In this document: positions 52,131 to 60,730 of the stretch, piece after piece
Position numbering within the stretch: the stretch's first letter is position 1
Layout: each line of letters begins with the position of its first letter
NCBI GenBank assembly: GCA_902496295.1
Contig: CABVAF010000002.1
Span: forward strand, 131,503 to 195,502
Direction: 5' to 3'
DNA length: 64,000 nucleotides
Source of the DNA: an uncultured Clostridium sp.
GTDB taxonomy: Bacteria > Bacillota > Clostridia > TANB77 > CAG-508
Notes under the pieces: model-generated
Databases searched by the model: none
The model's input: only the letters and a program-made list of their open reading frames with translations
What the model was told of the DNA's origin: nothing
Position numbers and translations under genes: made by a program

Positions 52131-53402
52131 TTAAAAAAGTGCATAAAATATAATTAATATTATAACTATTAAAGCTAGTATTATTATGTTTTGCTTTATC
52201 TTTGTCTTTTCAATATTACTGCTCTTATATAACATGTCATACTTATTTTTAATTTTATTAAATAATTTGTCTACGCCTAACTTCTCAGTCCAATTTTTTT
52301 CTAGGCAACTTGCTGTTTCGTCACTTGTGGCTTCTTCTATCCAGAAATTTTTTGTAAAACTTAAAAACTCTTGCTGGTAATCTTTTTTATCTAGGTCATA
52401 ATTAACTTTTGCCAAATAAAATTTTTTATATAAACATAATATATACAAATATAAGTGTTCATTTTCAAACCTGAAAGGAAGTTTTGTGTAGTTATCTACA
52501 TTTATGTCTGATGTAAGCAAAGCTGTTCCTACATTTGAAAATCCATACTTTATATACTTTGAATTTGGTAATTTATTAAAGTAATCTTCCATTGTTATAT
52601 CATTTAACTCTTTATTGGCCGGTAGCACCTTAAAAAACTTAAAGAACACTTTTTCTATAGACTGTATATCCATATTTTCATTCCAGTCCTCTTGTGAAAT
52701 ACATACATATGAATATGTTATAAACCTTTCCTGCTCTATATTTAAGTCTGCTGCTAAACTACTATTTCCTGTTATATCTTTTATAAAGTTTTTTATATCT
52801 TTAGCATCCTTAAAATTACTTGTTTGTATTTTAATATTTTCAAACTCTTTTAGTCCATCTGCCTTTGATGTTATATCTCTAAATTTATAATTAAAATTAA
52901 TTACATCTGAAAAGTTATTATTTTCTCCATCTATTATTGTTTTAAATAACAAGAAACATATTCCAGTATTAAAACAAATTAATTCTACTTTTGTAATATC
53001 AAAATATATTCCGTCTTCATTTTGCACCTTTCCTTGAACATTTTGTTTTATATTATAGTCAAACATTGTACAAGGATACTTACTTATAATATTTGCTTTA
53101 AGCTCATTGTCTAGGTTTTCTAATTCTTTTATTTGTTGCTTAGTGTAATTGAAGCTCCAAAACATAAATTTTCTTATATTTGGTAAAAAGTTTTGGTATA
53201 TAGTTAAATCTTTTGCTATGTCAAACTTTTTCATTGTGCACTTTTTATCTTTTAGTAATCGTAGTAAGTATTTGCTATAATCTTTTTCTTCAATTACATA
53301 CGGATATATAAAATACGTATATTGATACCTCGTCTTTAGTTCCAAAGCTTTTTCACTTTCCTTGTATAAATTTAGGTTTTCTTGGTTATACCTATAAACC
53401 AT
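52131..53402 (-). CDS. Hypothetical 423-aa protein with a single C-terminal TM helix
   Basis: Long ORF with coding-like composition. The C-terminal anchor is NIIILALIVIILIIFYALF. There is no obvious SD, and no family recognised. Confidence 0.5.
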   Translation of the reverse strand: MVYRYNQENLNLYKESEKALELKTRYQYTYFIYPYVIEEKDYSKYLLRLLKDKKCTMKKFDIAKDLTIYQNFLPNIRKFMFWSFNYTKQQIKELENLDNELKANIISKYPCTMFDYNIKQNVQGKVQNEDGIYFDITKVELICFNTGICFLLFKTIIDGENNNFSDVINFNYKFRDITSKADGLKEFENIKIQTSNFKDAKDIKNFIKDITGNSSLAADLNIEQERFITYSYVCISQEDWNENMDIQSIEKVFFKFFKVLPANKELNDITMEDYFNKLPNSKYIKYGFSNVGTALLTSDINVDNYTKLPFRFENEHLYLYILCLYKKFYLAKVNYDLDKKDYQQEFLSFTKNFWIEEATSDETASCLEKNWTEKLGVDKLFNKIKNKYDMLYKSSNIEKTKIKQNIIILALIVIILIIFYALF

Positions 53403-53415
53403 TCTATTTTATGCA

Positions 53416-53452
53416 TTAGTTAGCAAATATTTTTTAGTTCTTTGCTAACTAA
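53416..53452. repeat. 12-bp perfect inverted repeat 14 nt upstream of the 52131..53402 start codon
   Basis: ttagttagcaaa (53416-53427) pairs with tttgctaactaa (53441-53452), 13-nt loop. No T-run follows on either strand. Confidence 0.7.
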
Positions 53453-53523
53453 ATTACTAAAATTTACTCGATTTGCCGTTATTTGTTTTGTCATTTTTGT
53501 TTGCATAATAATATTATTTAAAA

Positions 53524-55038
53524 CTATTTTGTGTAATAATTTAAGTTTAAATCCTCTCCTAAATGCCATTCTCCTATAAATTCTATTAATAAATTATTAT
53601 CCATAGTGTATTGTGGTTCAACTACTTCTTTTCCTTTTGAATCAATTGCTCCCCATTTTCCATCTTTCTTTACACTTGAATACCCAAATCTGTTTTGCTC
53701 TGTAGCATCATCATAAATATAATCTACTATAACAATTCCGTCTTTATTTACAAAGCCATATTTGTCATCTTTTTTACTTAAAAATAATGTATTATTTTTT
53801 AACAATTCTATATTTGTTTTTTCTTCAAATCTAAAATTATAATACTTGTATTCGCCATCTACTCTAACTTTCATATATCCATTTTCATCATTTATTTCAG
53901 ATATAATTCCAGTTAATTTTACTTCAAAGTTTCTATCTATTAAGTCATTATCTACACTACTATTTGTGCTTCCTTCAAAAAATCCTTCTGTTTGCCTATA
54001 TATTAAACTGTCATATTTAAAGTCTAATTTTGTTGTTCCATCTACATTTATTATTCCATATTTGTTGTCTTTTTTAGCTATATAGTTGTTTTCATATGTA
54101 TACGACATATCGTCATAAATAATGTCTATTATTGTATCACCTTCTGTTGATAAAACACCATATTTATTATCTACTTTTACAATTACATTTTCCCCATTAA
54201 TTGATATAACTTCATCAAATTTATCTGTTAAATATAGTTTTCCATCTCTATCTGCTACTGACCATTTTCCACCTTGTCTTACTACATATTTGTTGTCTCC
54301 ATATACTTGCTTAATATCTTGGTAATCGTTTTTAAATACAACTGTTTTATCTGGTTTTACTAATCCATATCTATCATTTTCATCAATTAGAATATATCCA
54401 TCTTGTGCCTTATCTGTTAATGGTTTTATATCTTTGTAATTATTTTCTGCAACAACAGCTCCAATGTTGTCTACTAATCCCTTTTTACCATCTTTTTCTG
54501 TAACAAATGTATTTTCTACACCTCTTAAAGCTACTATAGAATCGTATTCACAATTCACTAGGCTTTTCCCTTTAAAATCTATTAAACCATATTTTCCATC
54601 TTTGCTTACTATTAGTACATCATCTTCATACCATAAATTATTATTTACATCGTAATTTTCAATTGCTTGAACTCCATCATATTCTGTAAATAACTGGTCA
54701 CCTTTTTCGTTTATTGCTTTTGTTTTATATTCATTTGTATCATAATTTACATCATATGTGCATATAAATACTGCTTGTTTTGAGTTTGGAACAATAATTG
54801 TCTCGTCATATGAAGGTTTAATTATTTCCTTACCTTTTGAGTCTATTACTCCCCACTTTCCTTCTGTATACGCTGCAAAATATTCTGTTGCTACAACTTT
54901 TGTTTCTACTTTATTACCCCCTAGCATTTTAGCTATAGATATTATTACTATTACAATTAAAGCTAATGCTATTAAGACTGCAACAACCTTTTTTATATTC
55001 AGCTTTCCTTCTCCGCTATATCGTCTACCTCTACTCAT
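53524..55038 (-). CDS. Membrane-anchored WG-repeat (KWG-type) protein
   Basis: More than 10 repeats of the (G)KWG/KYG(V/L)ID..GK..(V/I).P.YD type. N-terminal TM segment. GGAGGT SD lies upstream of the ATG at 55038 (MSRGRRY). Confidence 0.75.
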   Translation of the reverse strand: MSRGRRYSGEGKLNIKKVVAVLIALALIVIVIISIAKMLGGNKVETKVVATEYFAAYTEGKWGVIDSKGKEIIKPSYDETIIVPNSKQAVFICTYDVNYDTNEYKTKAINEKGDQLFTEYDGVQAIENYDVNNNLWYEDDVLIVSKDGKYGLIDFKGKSLVNCEYDSIVALRGVENTFVTEKDGKKGLVDNIGAVVAENNYKDIKPLTDKAQDGYILIDENDRYGLVKPDKTVVFKNDYQDIKQVYGDNKYVVRQGGKWSVADRDGKLYLTDKFDEVISINGENVIVKVDNKYGVLSTEGDTIIDIIYDDMSYTYENNYIAKKDNKYGIINVDGTTKLDFKYDSLIYRQTEGFFEGSTNSSVDNDLIDRNFEVKLTGIISEINDENGYMKVRVDGEYKYYNFRFEEKTNIELLKNNTLFLSKKDDKYGFVNKDGIVIVDYIYDDATEQNRFGYSSVKKDGKWGAIDSKGKEVVEPQYTMDNNLLIEFIGEWHLGEDLNLNYYTK

Positions 55039-55066
55039 TTCTACCTCCAAAATATAAAACTAAAAA

Positions 55067-55098
55067 ATATAGTATAGCTTTTTACAGCTATACTATAT
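55067..55098. terminator. Terminator downstream of the 55154..57520 gene
   Basis: Perfect 13-bp stem atatagtatagct / agctatactatat with a 6-nt loop. Confidence 0.6.
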
Positions 55099-55153
55099 CA
55101 TATTTATGTACATAATTACAAGGTGTTAAGGTGGATTTATTGTATATTCAACA

Positions 55154-57520
55154 TTAAAGTACGATTAACACCGGACGGAACGAAGCTGCTCCATACTCAC
55201 TACCAGTATAACTATTTAAAGAAAATATCCCTGCTCCCAAACCATAATTGTAATCACCTCCACGTACAACGAAAGGAATAGTTGTAATAGGAAATCCAAC
55301 ATAATCGTTATTCCATGCTCCTCTAGGATCATTAGCGCTACTAGTTGTTTCCCAAGATGAATCTCCATATCTACTTTTATTTGCCTCATAGTTTAGCTGA
55401 TAATTATCGTTACTTCCAGTATTATAAACATTCTTTGTTTTAGATTCTCCATTAACTAATCTACTTCCATTATTTATCAAACTACTATCTCCATTATTTA
55501 CATATGCTGCTACATATTCCGATGCGCCTCCGCTCATATCGTATACTCCATATACATTTTCTGTTGTGCTTGCTTTTACTCCTTGCGTACTTGTATAATC
55601 ATTATCTGTTCCTGCATTACTGCTTGCACTTGCACTATTTCCAGCAGAGCCTGTTATATAACTAATACTATTATTTATCCACACTTCTTCTGTCTCTTTT
55701 CCATATTTACTCTTACTTAAATATGCTACTGCTCCCCATTCGTCATTCTTCATTAAATGGCTATTTAGTACACTATTATAATTTAAACATACATCATATA
55801 TATTACTTATATTTATATATCTCCAGCTACTTACTCCTGGTTTTACCTGTAGTTTTTTATCTGTTCCATTATACTGACTATTGCCCACATCTGTTGTTGC
55901 TCCTTCTGGGCTTGCCTCAAATTTTGCTACCCATATTCCACTTACTTCTTGCCCATAATTAAATGCTGGATGTATATTCCAATTTCCTTGTCCACTTGCA
56001 TTATCCCATGTACTTGTTCCATCATATGCTATATTTGTATTATCCTTTAAGAATTTTATTTCTATTGTCCCTGCTGTATTAGTATGATATCCACTTGTTA
56101 TACTATATGCGTACCTTGGTATCCATACCCACATACTTCCATCCTCTGTCATTGCATTTGCCCATTTCTTATTTGTTGGTTGGTTAGTTCCTTTATATAC
56201 TATTGGGGTCATTCCTTCTCCTAGTTTTGGTGCATTTACTTCTGTTCCATAATTATACCAATTAGGATTATCTTCTGTTGTTTTTTCCCAATATTGTGGT
56301 GTTGTTGTTATTTCTATTTTTTCACTTATTGTTTCTTTCTTATTTCCGCTATTATCTACAGTTAACACATGTAAATAGTGTGTTCCGCTATTTGTAATTG
56401 GCAATGCTATAGTTTGTGTTTGCGATGTAAATGTTCCTCCTGTATATTTACTTGCATCTTCTCCTATTGCTCCTGCTTCTGTATTAAATATCCATTTTGT
56501 TTGTCCTATGTTTATTCCACTTTCTAAATCCACATGTGTTACTGTTGCTGTTAGTTCTTTCCCTATTTCTACTGTCGTTGCACTTAATGTTATTGTTGCA
56601 GTTGGTTTGACATTGTCTCTTACCTCTATGTTTGCATAGCTTCCACTACTTACTCCATCATATAATCTTGCATATATTATATCTCCATTTGCTAACCCTG
56701 TTATTGTCTTTTCTTTTACTCCTGCTGCTTCTCTTGTCCAGCTCCCCTCTGTTATGTTGTTTTTTTGCCATTCTAGTTGGTATCCATCTTCTTCTGTAAA
56801 TAATTTTACTGTTGCTTGTCCGTTACTCCATGTTACTTCTCCTTTTATTGCTCTTGGTATTTCTCCTAGCTGTATCATTTTTTCTACAATTTTCGACTCT
56901 CCATCTTTTATTGCTTCTACTTTTATTGTATATACTACTCCTTGAGTTAATCCACTAAATGTATATGTTGTAGCATCACTTGCTTGTGCTGCTCCATAGT
57001 CTTCTCCTTGTTTTTTTATTGAGTATTTTATATTACTTGCTCCTTCTGCTCTTACTAATTCTATTTCTATACTATTTGTTGTTTTATTTACTACTCTTAT
57101 TCCTATGTTTAAGTTTTCTCCTTTTCCTAAACATTCACCTATTATTATATTATCTGCTATTTCTTCGTTTGGCTCTATTGTTAATTCAAACACATATCCT
57201 GAAGTTGTTGTTACCTCATATGTTCCATCTCCATTGTCTATTATATCTATTTCCTTATCTGCTATTAATCCTTCACTTTCTATTCTGCTCCAATAATCTT
57301 CTACTTTGTATGAGCCATTTCCATTTGCATATACTGGCACTTTTGCCATTTCTAGCTTATCTCTCATTTCCCCTATCGCTGTTTGTTCTTTGCTATCTTG
57401 TGCTTTTTTTACAACTCCATTTTGTCCAAACACTAAACTTATAGTTATACCAGTTAGAATTAATAAAACTACAATCGTCACAACCAAAGCAATTAGAGTT
57501 ATACCCTTGTTTTTCATCAT
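55154..57520 (-). CDS. Pseudopilin-like N-terminus, Ig/Fn3-like stalk modules and a C-terminal cysteine-less FGE-sulfatase-like domain (paralogue of 274..1533)
   Basis: MMKNKG|ITLIALVVTIVVLLILTGITISLVF. Beta-sandwich modules are present (YTIKVEAI, ATVTHVD...). C-terminal motifs: WVWIPRYAY, GIWVAKFEAS, VYDMSGGASEYV, VVRGG. AAGGAGG SD. Confidence 0.75.
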   Translation of the reverse strand: MMKNKGITLIALVVTIVVLLILTGITISLVFGQNGVVKKAQDSKEQTAIGEMRDKLEMAKVPVYANGNGSYKVEDYWSRIESEGLIADKEIDIIDNGDGTYEVTTTSGYVFELTIEPNEEIADNIIIGECLGKGENLNIGIRVVNKTTNSIEIELVRAEGASNIKYSIKKQGEDYGAAQASDATTYTFSGLTQGVVYTIKVEAIKDGESKIVEKMIQLGEIPRAIKGEVTWSNGQATVKLFTEEDGYQLEWQKNNITEGSWTREAAGVKEKTITGLANGDIIYARLYDGVSSGSYANIEVRDNVKPTATITLSATTVEIGKELTATVTHVDLESGINIGQTKWIFNTEAGAIGEDASKYTGGTFTSQTQTIALPITNSGTHYLHVLTVDNSGNKKETISEKIEITTTPQYWEKTTEDNPNWYNYGTEVNAPKLGEGMTPIVYKGTNQPTNKKWANAMTEDGSMWVWIPRYAYSITSGYHTNTAGTIEIKFLKDNTNIAYDGTSTWDNASGQGNWNIHPAFNYGQEVSGIWVAKFEASPEGATTDVGNSQYNGTDKKLQVKPGVSSWRYINISNIYDVCLNYNSVLNSHLMKNDEWGAVAYLSKSKYGKETEEVWINNSISYITGSAGNSASASSNAGTDNDYTSTQGVKASTTENVYGVYDMSGGASEYVAAYVNNGDSSLINNGSRLVNGESKTKNVYNTGSNDNYQLNYEANKSRYGDSSWETTSSANDPRGAWNNDYVGFPITTIPFVVRGGDYNYGLGAGIFSLNSYTGSEYGAASFRPVLIVL

Positions 57521-57593
57521 TTGTTTCCTCCTTTAAATTTATACTATTAATCATTATCAAATGGAACAATTTGTACCTTCATTATATAAATAG

Positions 57594-57634
57594 TGACATT
57601 TAATGTCAATATAATTTTATGACAAATTATGTCA
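57594..57634. promoter_or_regulatory. Two TGACA-N5-TGTCA palindromic operators in the divergent intergenic region
   Basis: TGACATTTAATGTCA lies at 57594-57608 and TGACAAATTATGTCA at 57620-57634, with centres 26 nt apart. They sit between the pilin-like gene (start 57520) and the XRE gene (start 57657). Confidence 0.7.
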
Positions 57635-57656
57635 TAATTATTATGGTGATGTTATA

Positions 57657-57866
57657 TTGATTAAGGAAAAACGCAAAATTATGGGCTATACCCAAGAAAA
57701 AATGGCAAGTTTATTAAATATAAGTTTAAGGCAATATATTAGAATAGACCAAGAAAACTGCCTTCCTAGAACAGATATTTTAAATAAACTTATTGATGTA
57801 TTGCAACTATCCGACCAAGAACTAGGAGAATATATTAAAGTAATAATAAAGAAAAAGGTATCATAA
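57657..57866 (+). CDS. XRE-family helix-turn-helix transcriptional regulator (69 aa)
   Basis: HTH_3 pattern IKEKRKIMGYTQEKMASLLNISLRQYIRID. TTG start with GGTGA 6 nt upstream. Confidence 0.75.
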   Translation: MIKEKRKIMGYTQEKMASLLNISLRQYIRIDQENCLPRTDILNKLIDVLQLSDQELGEYIKVIIKKKVS

Positions 57867-57953
57867 AAAAGTAAGAAATACTTAAAACACATTGTTCCAT
57901 TTGTTTAAATATTTCTTACTTTTTATTTTATTACTTTATCTATTATTAAATTT

Positions 57954-60455
57954 TTACTTTAAAATTTTCTTGCTAACTCTTGCAACAATAACTGTCATAT
58001 CATCTTTTTGTGTTCCGTAGTCATTATCTATAGATTCCTTTAACAATATATCTGCTATCTTTTGTGCATCGTCTGTTTGCATATCTTCTAATAAATACTT
58101 TACCCATACTTCCTTATTTATGTACTCATCATTTGACTCTATAACTCCATCACTACACATTACTATAATATCTCCGTCTTGTAAATCACAGTCATATACT
58201 TCTAAATCTACATTTTCTACTGCTCCTGCTGGTAGTGTATTTGCCTTTAAAAGCTGCACCTCTTTACCTCTTTTTAAATATGTAGGACATGCACCATTTT
58301 TTACAAACTCCATAACTCCGCTATATAAATCTAATATTTCTACATCTAAAGTTGCATACATGTCGTCCTTTTGAGTAGTTTCTAGTATTGAATTAATAAG
58401 TTTTAATGATACTGTTTTATCAAAACCTGCTGTTAATAGTCTTTCTAATGTTTTTATTGCTACTTTACTACTTTTCATAGCTTCTGGTCCTGAACCCATT
58501 CCATCACTTATTGCAAGCAGATATTTTCCATCTTCTAGTTTAGCTTCTAAGTTTGTATCTCCAGATACTGGAGAACCTGCTTTAGTTGTTTTAGCTACTC
58601 CAATTTGTACATTTAGCTTGTCCTGTGACATATATGTAAATTTACATTGCTCTTTGTTTTCACGTAATCCACATGTTTGATGTTGTATTATGAATTTATC
58701 TTTTAAAATTCTTTCTAATATAGTCTTAATTCTCTTTATATTGCATTTTTTGCCTTCTAAATCGTCACATAGGTTATGATATATATCTATAATATATCGA
58801 CCATTTTTAAGGCGTTTAATGTTTAAATTTTGTATATCAAAGTTTTTCTCTTGGAAGGCTCTCATTAGTTCTTCTTTTTTATCTGCAAATTCTTCTTTTT
58901 TGTCTTCTTTTATCTCTTCTGCTAAATCTGCTATTGCTTGAGATACTCCCTCTAGCTGGCTTGAAATGTTTTGTTTGTTTTGCTCAATTTTCTTTTTCCA
59001 TACAAAATTTACTCTGCTTAATCTATAAGAAGAATTTATTGCATTTATCATTTTTGAAACATCTGCTTCTACCGCTTTATTTTTCTCGTGGAAACCTACT
59101 ATGTAGTTATTGTGTGACTCAAAAATGCTTACAAGTTTCTTTTCGTCTATAACATCATTTTTTAACAACTCTTCAAATATTTCATGTAATATATTGTTGT
59201 TATTGTTATATACATCGTCAAAAAGAATATTTTCTTCTAAGTTTACTAAATTATTTTTTAACTCTTCTATAAAAATGTTTTCATTTGAAAGTTCTTGTTT
59301 CTTTAATTTTTTATCTTCTTTTTCCGAAGTTTTATAGCCTCTGGCTAAATCCGCAATAGTTTCTGACATACTATTTAATTTTAATATAGTTTCATGAGAC
59401 TCTCCTAAACTTCTACCTGTAGTTTCTGGCAACAGTTTAGTTTTTCCATATAAGTCTTCTATATTTATCTTCAATTTCTTTGGAATTGCTAAAAGCCCTA
59501 AGCATGCAATTAGAATTTCTTGTATTGTTATTATAGGAACTGTATTTCCATTTGCAACATAAGTAAGAAGTACATTTCCTGCTATAAAACCAACAACTAC
59601 GCCAATTCTTCCAAACTTATTTAATATTCCTGCTACTAAGCCAGATATTGCATATGCTGCAATCATCATTGGTTCTGATCCACTAATAATTCCAAGCACA
59701 ACACCTATAGTAATACCTCCAGTTGCACCAACTAACATTCCATTTTTCCAACCAAGTACTAGTACAATTAGAATACTTAAAATATTTTTTATGCTAAAAC
59801 CAAATACTGTTAAGTCTCCAAAAGCACATGCTGCAATTGCTAATAATAAACTTGTTCCAATAACTTCTTCTATTGTAAAAGCTTTTTTATTTTTAAATTC
59901 TTTTATCATAATTATTGAATTTGCGAATATCTTATAAAAGATAAATGTAACAACTGCTATCATTATTGAAATTAATAGGTCATATAAAAGAAAAGTTCTA
60001 AAGAACATTGGAACTATTTGAACCATCAAAACACTTGCGAATAAGTGTACCCCTAGTCTTTTTTCTTCATTTGTATCTTCTATTACATTATGTCTAATAA
60101 ATAAACTACTTGCGAAAAATACTAGTGAAGTTAATACATATGTAAGGAGCACATTTGGACCAAAACTTATAAAGGTTCCTATTAATGTTAGAATATAAAC
60201 TATTCCGATAGGATTTCCATTACTAAGCATTGCAGCCATAAATGCTATTGCAAACGGACTAAGCCCTAGCATAATATTCTGTGAGGAAAATCCCACCATT
60301 GATATCATAAAAGCTATAATGTAAATCGCTATATTATTTATAGATAAAAGGCTTTTTAGTGTCATTTTTATTCTAGCTTGTCTATCATAAAATGCCTCAT
60401 TAAAATCTTGCTTGTTGCCCATGTCTTTTTCTACATTCTGAAACATACCAATCAC
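57954..60455 (-). CDS. spoIIE: Stage II sporulation protein E (PP2C phosphatase with a polytopic membrane domain)
   Basis: About 10 N-terminal TM helices, a central regulatory region and a C-terminal PP2C domain (ISDGMGSGPEA, MCSDGV, DDMTVIV). Confidence 0.9.
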   Translation of the reverse strand: MIGMFQNVEKDMGNKQDFNEAFYDRQARIKMTLKSLLSINNIAIYIIAFMISMVGFSSQNIMLGLSPFAIAFMAAMLSNGNPIGIVYILTLIGTFISFGPNVLLTYVLTSLVFFASSLFIRHNVIEDTNEEKRLGVHLFASVLMVQIVPMFFRTFLLYDLLISIMIAVVTFIFYKIFANSIIMIKEFKNKKAFTIEEVIGTSLLLAIAACAFGDLTVFGFSIKNILSILIVLVLGWKNGMLVGATGGITIGVVLGIISGSEPMMIAAYAISGLVAGILNKFGRIGVVVGFIAGNVLLTYVANGNTVPIITIQEILIACLGLLAIPKKLKINIEDLYGKTKLLPETTGRSLGESHETILKLNSMSETIADLARGYKTSEKEDKKLKKQELSNENIFIEELKNNLVNLEENILFDDVYNNNNNILHEIFEELLKNDVIDEKKLVSIFESHNNYIVGFHEKNKAVEADVSKMINAINSSYRLSRVNFVWKKKIEQNKQNISSQLEGVSQAIADLAEEIKEDKKEEFADKKEELMRAFQEKNFDIQNLNIKRLKNGRYIIDIYHNLCDDLEGKKCNIKRIKTILERILKDKFIIQHQTCGLRENKEQCKFTYMSQDKLNVQIGVAKTTKAGSPVSGDTNLEAKLEDGKYLLAISDGMGSGPEAMKSSKVAIKTLERLLTAGFDKTVSLKLINSILETTQKDDMYATLDVEILDLYSGVMEFVKNGACPTYLKRGKEVQLLKANTLPAGAVENVDLEVYDCDLQDGDIIVMCSDGVIESNDEYINKEVWVKYLLEDMQTDDAQKIADILLKESIDNDYGTQKDDMTVIVARVSKKILK

Positions 60456-60660
60456 CCCTACTTTTTCAAATATTTGTTCATCGCTTGTATATTTTAATAT
60501 ATCTTTAGTGTAATTTCTGTCGATTTTGCCACATAATTTAAAAAAGTTTTTTACATTTTGTGTACAATTTCTTTGTTATTGTTCAGAACCCAACATTTTA
60601 TTTTCCTAATTTTATAACAAATTGACTAAAATTACAATATGACAACGAAAAAAGTGCACA

Positions 60661-60692
60661 AAAATAGTTCATACTTTCGTATGAACTATTTT
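60661..60692. terminator. Terminator downstream of the second adhesin gene
   Basis: Perfect 14-bp stem aaaatagttcatac / gtatgaactatttt with a 4-nt loop and flanking A and T runs. Confidence 0.8.
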
Positions 60693-60730
60693 TATTTTAT
60701 CAATCTAAAGTTATTTACTAGTTTTAGTTA

